DNA of 64,000 bases from Vitreimonas sp. (GTDB taxonomy: Bacteria; Patescibacteriota; Microgenomatia; UBA1400; PJMF01), in contig DASPLQ010000012.1 of the NCBI GenBank assembly GCA_035627515.1, positions 71,269 to 135,268 on the forward strand, read 5' to 3'. The notes under the pieces are model-generated. The model was not told the DNA's origin, did no database searches, and saw only the letters and a list, made by a program, of their open reading frames with translations. The first letter of the stretch is position 1. Each line of letters opens with the position of its first letter. The position numbers and the translations under genes were made by a program. Below, piece by piece: positions 1 to 8,050 of the stretch.

Positions 1-145
1 AGCCTAGTGGAAAAAGTGCGGGGTTAACGCTCAAAGTAATTAGTTAGAAATAGAAGCCCCCCGCTCAGCGGGGGGCGTTTTGGTTTTAAAGGAATTTAGT
101 TAAACACAAAGAAGGGAAGAAAGGTACAATAAGGATTACTCAACT

Positions 146-1258
146 ATGTCAACACTCAACGACCTCACTTCACAAATCGAAAGCATCAAAGCTCACCTTC
201 AAGCCGACCTCACTGAAAACGCACCCACTCTCGAAACTAAGTATCTGGGCAAAAAAGGCCTATTTAATGAGATGGCTAAAAGCATTAAAGATGTGGCAGT
301 CGAGAGTCGCAAAGAAGCCGGACAGTTACTAAATGAACTAAAGGTTCATTTGGAAACACAAATTCAAGCTCATACTGCTCAGCAAGCTACTACTCAAGAT
401 TGGATTGACCTGACTATGCCCGGCCAACAACCAAAGGTCGGTCACGTGCATCCCGTTTCACAAGCGATGGAAGAAATTACTCATATTTTCGAACAGATTG
501 GTTTTACCCGCGTCCGCTATCCGGAAGTCGATTGGGATTGGTATCCATTTGAGTCGTTAAACATGCCTCCTGACCACCCGGCTCGCGATGAATGGGAAAC
601 CTTTTTTGTAGACGTGCCTGATAATTCAAAAGGCGTGGCCTACGATGCTAATGATCCTCGTAAACGTCACCCCAGCTTAGTGGGTGGCGGCAAGATGGTC
701 CTCACCCCTCATACGTCTAATGGTCAAGTTCGTGAAATGGAGCGTCTCAACAGTCAGCCACCGATGCGGATGATTAACATTGCCCGGTGCTACCGTCGGC
801 AACAAGACGCGACTCACACCCAAATGTTTCACCAGTTTGAAGGCCTAGTGGTAGATAAGGGCATTAATATCCAACACCTTAAAGGCACCCTGGATTACTT
901 TGCCCAACAATTTTATGGCCCAGGTACCAAAAGTCGAATTCGACCATTTCACTTTCAATTTACCGAACCATCCTTCGAGGTAGATTTTAGTTGTCATGTC
1001 TGTAGTGGCACCGGCAAAGTAACTCGTGATGGGGAAGAGCAGAAGTGTCGGTTTTGTAAATCCGGCTGGCATGAAGTTGGAGGCGCCGGGATGGTCCATC
1101 CTAATGTTTTAAAAGCTGGCGGAATTGATCCCAGTAAATATACCGGCTTTGCCTTTGGCTGGGGCATCGAGCGCACGTACACCCTCAAAGAGGGTCTCAA
1201 AATTGATGACATCCGCTTACTTTATAGCGGTGATCTCAGATTTTTGGAGCAATTTTAA
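146..1258 (+). CDS. pheS: Phenylalanyl-tRNA synthetase alpha subunit
   Basis: Class II aaRS motifs: FTRVRYPEVD..PFESLNMPPDHPARD, FTEPSFEVD and GAGMVHPNVL, with C-terminal GFAFGWGIERT. A CxxC..CxxC zinc-ribbon insertion sits before GMVHP, as in Bacillus-type PheS. Confidence 0.9.
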   Translation: MSTLNDLTSQIESIKAHLQADLTENAPTLETKYLGKKGLFNEMAKSIKDVAVESRKEAGQLLNELKVHLETQIQAHTAQQATTQDWIDLTMPGQQPKVGHVHPVSQAMEEITHIFEQIGFTRVRYPEVDWDWYPFESLNMPPDHPARDEWETFFVDVPDNSKGVAYDANDPRKRHPSLVGGGKMVLTPHTSNGQVREMERLNSQPPMRMINIARCYRRQQDATHTQMFHQFEGLVVDKGINIQHLKGTLDYFAQQFYGPGTKSRIRPFHFQFTEPSFEVDFSCHVCSGTGKVTRDGEEQKCRFCKSGWHEVGGAGMVHPNVLKAGGIDPSKYTGFAFGWGIERTYTLKEGLKIDDIRLLYSGDLRFLEQF

Positions 1259-1270
1259 ATTAATTGAATA

Positions 1271-1856
1271 TATGTCAGATCGATTAAAAATTGTTGACAA
1301 AAAGTTGGCATTTTTCTCTGCAAATTCGTTCGAAGATCGAGAGCCTTCAGAAGAAAAACAGCGACGAGAATTATTAGATCAATTAACTAACTCTGGTGTT
1401 ACTGTTGAAACTACTATTCATGATCAGCCACTACAAATTCGCTTTGTAATAAATGGTCATGGCTCTATTAGACACGATATGCATATCTTTGCCAACAATA
1501 CTAAAATTGGACACATCTCCTTTGATATGAATGAAACAAAAAAAGAACTCTATATTCACAGTAAAAAAATCAAAGAAGAATATCAAGGAAAAGGAATCAT
1601 GGCTGCCGGAAGTTCCCTAGTAGCTGAGTTTGCTAAACAACACCAAATCACAAAAATGAGTGGTCTGATGCATATTAGTAATAGACGCTCAATTAAGTCT
1701 CGAGAAGGAATTGTTGACCTTTTCACAGGGATATCATATGACGTGAGTTTTCATTCTGAACCCTATAACTCCATCATCGTCACAACCCATTTAACCCCCC
1801 GGAACCCTCTTTTAAGAATAATAGATCACTTAAGAAGAAAGAAATTAGGCCTATGA
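1271..1856 (+). CDS. GNAT-fold N-acetyltransferase-like protein inserted between pheS and pheT
   Basis: Core GNAT motif A: ELYIHSKKIKEEYQGKGIMAAGSSLVAEFAKQH followed by a beta strand ITKMSGLMHIS. Start at ATG 1271 just after the pheS stop; the 3' end overlaps the pheT start by 4 nt. By eye it is AT-rich relative to its flanks. Confidence 0.5.
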
Positions 1857-3880
1857 ACATCCTTATTCCTCATTCATGGTTAACCGAATATTTAGATACC
1901 GACGCTGCCCCAGAAGAAATTCAAAAGCAGGTCTCACTCTGTGGTCCTTCTGTAGAGCGGATTTATGAGCGGGAAGGTGAACCAGTTTATGATATTGAAG
2001 TCACCACCAACCGTGTGGACAGTATGTCAGTGCGGGGGATTGCGCGCGAAGCAGCGGTGATCTTGCAACAATTTGGAGTGAAGGCTTCATTGAATAATTC
2101 CCGCATGGTAGAACTGGAAAAAATGGCTCAAGAGTTAAAGCCTAGCGTAGAACTACCTTTGCCTCAAATTGTCAGTCCTCCTGGGTTATATAAGCGCACG
2201 CTGGGAATTGTGTTAGCCAATGTCAAACGGACACCGACTCCTGACTGGATGGCCAAACGTTTATTACAAATTGACCAGCATGTTCACGACAGTGTCATCG
2301 ATATTTCTAATTACATCACTCATGAACTTGGTCATCCGTGTCATGCTTTTGATTATGACAAGGTGATGGAGCTGGGTGGAAAATTTATCATCAAAGAAGC
2401 AGAAGCTGGTAAAAAATTTGTGATGTTAGATGGAGCCGAATACGAAACGGTGGGTGGAGAAATCGTCTTTGAAAATCAAGCTGGAGAGATCATTGATTTG
2501 CCAAGTATTAAAGGCACACTCAACACTTCAATTAATCAAAGTACGAAAAATGTGTTTTTATTTGTGGAAGACATTGATCCTAAAAAGGTCCGGTTTGCTT
2601 CCATGACACATGCCATCAGAACCGTAGCCGCTCAACTGTTAGAAAAAAATGTCGATCCAGCCACGGGCTATGATGTGATGTTGAGAGGGATTCAGCTTTA
2701 CCAAGAGTTGTGTGATGCACAAATCGCCAGCACTTTATATGATGACTTTCCTGGTAAGCGCACACTCGAATCAGTCACCGTCGCCCATGAAACTATTAAC
2801 CAATACTTAGGAATCAAGTTACCCACAGAGCAGATTGTTAAAATTCTTAGTGATCTTGGTTGTCAAGTCACCACTGCTGAACAAGCAGAGGGAATTACCT
2901 TCACGGTCACGCCGCCTACTTTCCGACCCGATATCACTATCCCCGCTGACGTTGTCGAAGAAATTGCTCGGATTTACGGCTATCACAACTTACCAAGTGT
3001 GATCATGCCAACTGCTATTCCTTTGATAAAACCAGAAGGTATGGACTTTGCGATCGAAAATCGTCTCAAGCGCTTCTTAGCCGCCATTGGTTGGCAGGAA
3101 GTCTATACGTACTCCATGGTCAGTGAGCATATTGCTCTCGAATCTGGATATAAACTTGACCAACATTTGAAACTCCAAAACCCGCTCACTGATGATCGAG
3201 TGTACTTACGGCGATCACTATTACCTTCATTGCGAGAAATTTTGACTCAAAATAGCTCTCAACCTGAGTTATCAGTCTTCGAGTTAGCACATACATATGA
3301 GCCCCAAACTGATCAGCTACCTAATCAAGAACTAGTGTTAGCTTTGGTATCTACCCGACCTTACAGACAAGTCAAAGGTGAGTGGGAGGCATTACTACGA
3401 CAATTTTTTGTCACCAACGTGCACACCAAGGTGAATGATCACGTTACTGCCTTATACTCACAATCAGCTACAGTCTGTGTTACTAACGATCACCAGCAAA
3501 TGGTGGAATTAGGTACTATTGGTGTTCTCAAAACTGGACAAACGGTCATTGAGGCGAGTTTCAAAAACTTGTTACACGTATTAAAGACTCATCCCACGTA
3601 TCAGCCGATTCCCAAGACTAGTCCGGTATTAGAAGATTTAACATTTACGATCCCACCTCAAACGTTAGTAGGGGAAATCATGAGTGCAATCGGTACTGTT
3701 TCAAATTTGGTGACAGATGTTCAGTTGGCTGATGTATATCTCCAAAATTACACGTTTACGATTACCTATCATGATCCAGAACGTAACTTGACCAATGAGG
3801 TAGTAGAACCGATCCGCAAAGAAATTGTCAAAATTATTCAGCAACAATTTAAAGCGGATTTAGTTGGCAAAATTGAGTAG
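1853..3880 (+). CDS. pheT: Phenylalanyl-tRNA synthetase beta subunit, short form without an N-terminal tRNA-binding domain
   Basis: N-terminus MNILIPHSWLTEYLDT is the typical B3/B4-domain start of PheT. At 675 aa it is shorter than the ~800 aa canonical bacterial PheT, and it is operonic with pheS. Confidence 0.85.
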   Translation: MNILIPHSWLTEYLDTDAAPEEIQKQVSLCGPSVERIYEREGEPVYDIEVTTNRVDSMSVRGIAREAAVILQQFGVKASLNNSRMVELEKMAQELKPSVELPLPQIVSPPGLYKRTLGIVLANVKRTPTPDWMAKRLLQIDQHVHDSVIDISNYITHELGHPCHAFDYDKVMELGGKFIIKEAEAGKKFVMLDGAEYETVGGEIVFENQAGEIIDLPSIKGTLNTSINQSTKNVFLFVEDIDPKKVRFASMTHAIRTVAAQLLEKNVDPATGYDVMLRGIQLYQELCDAQIASTLYDDFPGKRTLESVTVAHETINQYLGIKLPTEQIVKILSDLGCQVTTAEQAEGITFTVTPPTFRPDITIPADVVEEIARIYGYHNLPSVIMPTAIPLIKPEGMDFAIENRLKRFLAAIGWQEVYTYSMVSEHIALESGYKLDQHLKLQNPLTDDRVYLRRSLLPSLREILTQNSSQPELSVFELAHTYEPQTDQLPNQELVLALVSTRPYRQVKGEWEALLRQFFVTNVHTKVNDHVTALYSQSATVCVTNDHQQMVELGTIGVLKTGQTVIEASFKNLLHVLKTHPTYQPIPKTSPVLEDLTFTIPPQTLVGEIMSAIGTVSNLVTDVQLADVYLQNYTFTITYHDPERNLTNEVVEPIRKEIVKIIQQQFKADLVGKIE

Positions 3881-3889
3881 AATAGAGTC

Positions 3890-5164
3890 ATGCCTCACTT
3901 TTTGAGACGGGAATGGATTGCTTCCGGGCTGATAGCTGCGATTATTTTTACTGCTCCATTTAATTTGTTTTTTAAATTAACAATCAGTGACGCTTACGTT
4001 CATGGCTTATTAGTTGATTACCTCATTCCCAAGTTTTATATCAGTGATTTATTTATCCTGGCGCTGTTAATGTGGTGGGGGATAAATAAACTTGGCTCAC
4101 GATTCAAAAATTGGCGGCCGTCGATAGTATCATTAGCCACGCTAGTGCTCATAATGCTGCTAGTGTTAAGACAATTTTTTACTACACATAATCTAGCGAG
4201 CCTGTGGTTTGGTGTGAAGTTATTGGAGTTTATCAGCTTGGTTTTTGTCACACTTCAATACAAGAAAGTGTTTAAAGAAATGCTTTTTTATGGTGCTATT
4301 ATCAGCGCACTTATCCTGCAATCGCTATTAGGGAGTTATCAATTTATATACCAGCACTCACTCGCCCCATATTATTTTTTTGGTGAAGTTGACTTTAAAC
4401 ATAGTCTAGGATTAGCCAAAGACACGTTTAATGATCATGAAAAAATCTTGCCGTATGGCAGCACCGCCCATCCCAATATTTTAGCTGGGATGATCGTCGT
4501 GTACTGGCTGATAGCTTCACTCTGGTTATTAAAGCATCAACCCCAAACAAAACCAGTTCGATTTATATGGTTACTAGCCACTTTAATTGGCGGAAGTGTG
4601 CTGTTCCTCACTCAATCATTCTCAGCTATGGCTATGCTCATCACTGGTATAGTGGCGATGATAATGAATACTCTCAACTGGCCAACAAAAAAAAGTACCG
4701 CTATTAAAATACTATCGATTATCAGCTGCCTAGTGCTCATACCAGGGCTGATGTATATCCTCAGTTCCCGATATGATGATGTATCAATTACCCGCCGCAA
4801 CTACCTAAATCAAGCAGCGATAAAAATGTTCCTTGACCAACCATTACTGGGGGTGGGGTTAAACAACTTTACTGCTCACGTGGAGGAACATAGTCCGAGT
4901 CGGGAAGTAGTGCGTTTTGTCCAACCAGTTCATCATGTGGGGTTACTGTGGATAGCAGAAACCGGAGTGATTGGCTTGGGATGTATCATTTTGGGATTTG
5001 AGTATCTTCGACGCCATAGTAGCGTCACCACCGGCTTAGTAAATGCCCTTTTCATCCTTTGTCCCATTCTAGCCCTTGATCATTACTTGCTTACTAATCA
5101 ATTAGGTTTGTGGTTGCTGGTAATACTGAGCGCAGTTTTAATCCAACAACGGCGTTCGGCTTGA
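3890..5164 (+). CDS. O-antigen ligase family (Wzy_C / PglL-like) polytopic membrane protein
   Basis: Multi-TM protein with the periplasmic-loop motif LGVGLNNFTAHVEEHSP...VHHVGLLWIAETGVIGLG (GxGxxNF...H...E.G..G), characteristic of WaaL/PglL/PilO-type ligases. Confidence 0.5.
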   Translation: MPHFLRREWIASGLIAAIIFTAPFNLFFKLTISDAYVHGLLVDYLIPKFYISDLFILALLMWWGINKLGSRFKNWRPSIVSLATLVLIMLLVLRQFFTTHNLASLWFGVKLLEFISLVFVTLQYKKVFKEMLFYGAIISALILQSLLGSYQFIYQHSLAPYYFFGEVDFKHSLGLAKDTFNDHEKILPYGSTAHPNILAGMIVVYWLIASLWLLKHQPQTKPVRFIWLLATLIGGSVLFLTQSFSAMAMLITGIVAMIMNTLNWPTKKSTAIKILSIISCLVLIPGLMYILSSRYDDVSITRRNYLNQAAIKMFLDQPLLGVGLNNFTAHVEEHSPSREVVRFVQPVHHVGLLWIAETGVIGLGCIILGFEYLRRHSSVTTGLVNALFILCPILALDHYLLTNQLGLWLLVILSAVLIQQRRSA

Positions 5165-6877
5165 GCGGTCATAATTCTGGGCGCGTTGCTGTGGAGTCAA
5201 AAGGTCATATAACTTCCAGGATTGGGGTGCAACTTCTTTGATTTCTTCAATGGCAATGTGACGTCGAAGCAGTTGGTACGCTTGTTGCTCACCTAAGTTA
5301 GTCTGACGAGCTGGCCAGTTTGATTGATAGTCTGGACCAAAGAAAGTTGTTTGCTCTTCTTTGGTTCCATAACGCTTAGTTAAGGTCTCATAATTTCGAC
5401 GAATGTTAGCCAGGGTTTGATAGGCATACACAATATGCCGAGCTTCATCATCACTAAAACTCGTTTTATTCGCTAAAGCAGGGTCCATGACTACTTGACG
5501 AGCATGTTGATACGCTTCTACCCAGCCCTCAGCGCCATCCGCTGATAAGCGAGAAATATAGACATAATCCACTTCTTCATTAACCGTGGGTTTGAACGTA
5601 GTCGCGATTGAGTGATCGACGTTGATAAAAATAACCAAGAAAAGTGTGGCAATGGCAATGCCAATTTCATATACATACCACTCTTTAACCTTGTCTTTGA
5701 GGTGGCGCAAAATCAATACTACTGATAGCGCAATAATCATCAACAAGAACAATGAACCATAAATTCTGATCCGAGTTAAGCCATGCTCAGCTTGGTAAAG
5801 CAGCACGCGGCGAAAAATCGAGAAGATGAAAATTAAACTTTCGGAGAGTAATACTAAGTTAGCTTTTTTGAGTAACTGGGCTTGTTTATCAGCTTGGCGC
5901 AACACCAGCAAACTCGCCCCCACTACGGCATAGACGATACACGCCACCAATGTCAGTTCGCTAAATCCTCGGCGCACGTACTCAGAGTAGGTTTGGACGC
6001 CAAATTGGTGTAACTGAGTTTCAGGCACTGCGGCAAACAGATACCGGAATTGCACAATTAAAAATGCTCCCAGTACCACACTAACTGCGCCCACCACCAT
6101 CAGTGCTTCCACCGTGTATCGGCCCCAAGCGCTATTTTGTAAGGGAGATCGGAATCGCTCACGTATAGCCAACGTCACGGTCGGTAAGGCTATGCCCAAC
6201 ACAACTAGACTTTGAATCAATCGGTCAGGGAAAGTAATTACAAACCGGGGGAACTGGAAGGTGAAGATATTACTTAAGTATCGAGAAAAAATGGGATCAG
6301 CACTACCTAGCAGGCCGACAATTATCAACACGACTGGGACTGTTAAAATCAAGCCCCGCAGCACCGCTGAGCTCGTCGAGCTCTTTACTTCCCAACTCGG
6401 TAACAAACTCTGCACTAAACCACTAAACATTTTCCACCCGAGGGGCAATTTTTCCAACATCCGACCACCAGCTAATAACCAATTGAACACCAACTGCACT
6501 GGCACCATCACGAGCTCACTGAGAGCGCCAAATTGTGTATGCGTGAGGGCAAAGACATATAATCCTAAACCACTCAATGTAAGGCTGGCCAAACCCAATA
6601 ACTGTACGTCTACTTCATTGGCACGTAACACTGAAAAGGCAGCGCTCAGCACCGATAAGCCAATCGCGCTCAAAGCATAATTTTGTTTCTTGCTACTCTC
6701 AGGAGAAAAAAAGGACACCGCAATTACCGCATTGATCAAAACCATCAAGCCAAAATAAGCAATCGTACCCATCCCGGGAAGTGGGTGGTGATAAAAGAAA
6801 AAGTTAAAACCTGCTACTGCCAACGTCACCGCAATCAGTTTTTGGAGCATAGATTCCAGTATATCAGATGCTGTCAA
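5138..6877 (-). CDS. Hypothetical polytopic membrane protein with a C-terminal soluble domain
   Basis: 579 aa ORF with more than 10 hydrophobic segments and a charged C-terminal ~150 aa. No recognisable catalytic motif. Converges on and overlaps the previous gene by 27 nt. Confidence 0.5.
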   Translation of the reverse strand: MTASDILESMLQKLIAVTLAVAGFNFFFYHHPLPGMGTIAYFGLMVLINAVIAVSFFSPESSKKQNYALSAIGLSVLSAAFSVLRANEVDVQLLGLASLTLSGLGLYVFALTHTQFGALSELVMVPVQLVFNWLLAGGRMLEKLPLGWKMFSGLVQSLLPSWEVKSSTSSAVLRGLILTVPVVLIIVGLLGSADPIFSRYLSNIFTFQFPRFVITFPDRLIQSLVVLGIALPTVTLAIRERFRSPLQNSAWGRYTVEALMVVGAVSVVLGAFLIVQFRYLFAAVPETQLHQFGVQTYSEYVRRGFSELTLVACIVYAVVGASLLVLRQADKQAQLLKKANLVLLSESLIFIFSIFRRVLLYQAEHGLTRIRIYGSLFLLMIIALSVVLILRHLKDKVKEWYVYEIGIAIATLFLVIFINVDHSIATTFKPTVNEEVDYVYISRLSADGAEGWVEAYQHARQVVMDPALANKTSFSDDEARHIVYAYQTLANIRRNYETLTKRYGTKEEQTTFFGPDYQSNWPARQTNLGEQQAYQLLRRHIAIEEIKEVAPQSWKLYDLLTPQQRAQNYDRSSRTPLLD

Positions 6878-6923
6878 AAAAAGAGTGGTTTTAGTGAAGA
6901 ATTAGTGTAAAATCCATAGAAAT

Positions 6924-8042
6924 ATGCCACAAGAAACCCTTGGCCCCTTAACTGAAGGTAAACTAATTGGACATCTCATTCGTGGGACAGAAAGAGCTCC
7001 CATTCGTTTTGCAGATTTACCTGAGCATATTGATCTATCAGGTATCTTATTAAAAAGAGCTCAATATATATGGGAAGTATCAAGTGAAGATCCACAACTG
7101 AGGGAACACGCTCTCAATGGGGTTACCAAATATGATCGGAAACTACACCTAGATAAAACTCCTATTGTAGGAAATGTAGAAAGTGTGGTAATTTTTACGC
7201 CTGCTGTAGGGGTTTCAGGGCGCGTATTAAGCATCCACTCTCATGCTATTTTAGACACTCCACCATCTGGGGTTGATATTGCCAATTTATTAAGAGGTTC
7301 ACAAGGATATCAGGGGATGTGGATAACAACTGCTTCGGCAGATTTTTTCATTGTCAGAACTGATCAAACGCCTATCTATGCTAATACCGAAACTTTATTA
7401 GAAAAGGCAGAAGATTATGAAAGTGGACGACACCTTCTTACTTCGCAACGACAAAGTCAAAGCTTTTATGAGACCGTAAAAAATCAGGTTGAAAACAACA
7501 GTTTAGATGGTGATCATTTATCAAGCCTTCATAATCAACAACTGATCGTAAAAAATACATTGGCTGCCAGTTTTTCTCTCACTTTCTGCACTAAACATAG
7601 CATTGGTTTTTATTACTCTCCCAAAAGCGGTTTATTCACTAGAGTAACTCATGTCGATCAACTCGCAAACTATATTACTCCTCTTAAAAATTTGATTGGG
7701 GATGATATCGAGCACTTAAAAAGAAAACGGCAACTAGAACTTAATCCTGAGCTCAGAAAAGTTAAAGTTGAGTCGTTAAGTCCTGCTTTTACTATTGCTA
7801 TGTGGGAAAAAATAAAAAACTATATTGGAAGTGATGTAGCAAAACCATTTTTCCCTGATGGTGTAGAGCCCATAATTGAGGCCTACAACACATATCATCA
7901 GCTTCAACTGACAGAGACAGAGTTTTTAGCCCTTGTTCTAGAAAAAAATGACTACAATCCTGACCAAAACAATGAAACTTTTTCCCCAATCCATGGCTTT
8001 CTCATGATTGCTCAAGAGTTAGGGCTCCTCAAGGAAAATTAA
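6924..8042 (+). CDS. Hypothetical protein
   Basis: 372 aa intact ORF in an AT-rich segment with no recognisable motifs. Confidence 0.4.
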   Translation: MPQETLGPLTEGKLIGHLIRGTERAPIRFADLPEHIDLSGILLKRAQYIWEVSSEDPQLREHALNGVTKYDRKLHLDKTPIVGNVESVVIFTPAVGVSGRVLSIHSHAILDTPPSGVDIANLLRGSQGYQGMWITTASADFFIVRTDQTPIYANTETLLEKAEDYESGRHLLTSQRQSQSFYETVKNQVENNSLDGDHLSSLHNQQLIVKNTLAASFSLTFCTKHSIGFYYSPKSGLFTRVTHVDQLANYITPLKNLIGDDIEHLKRKRQLELNPELRKVKVESLSPAFTIAMWEKIKNYIGSDVAKPFFPDGVEPIIEAYNTYHQLQLTETEFLALVLEKNDYNPDQNNETFSPIHGFLMIAQELGLLKEN

Positions 8043-8050
8043 AAAAACTT

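Noticed and set aside
963-1080. Zinc-ribbon insertion (CHVCSGTGKV...CRFCKSGW) in PheS
   Set aside because: Noticed as an insertion relative to E. coli PheS. The same CxxC...CxxC ribbon before GMVHP is standard in Bacillus-type PheS, so it is not novel.
845-1212. Antisense ORFs 845-1099 and 994-1212 (84 and 72 aa) inside pheS
   Set aside because: Shadow ORFs on the opposite strand of a well-supported gene, with no motifs. The same applies to the other short track ORFs nested inside recG, the PBP, pilBTC, gyrA/gyrB, the 788 aa gene and others.
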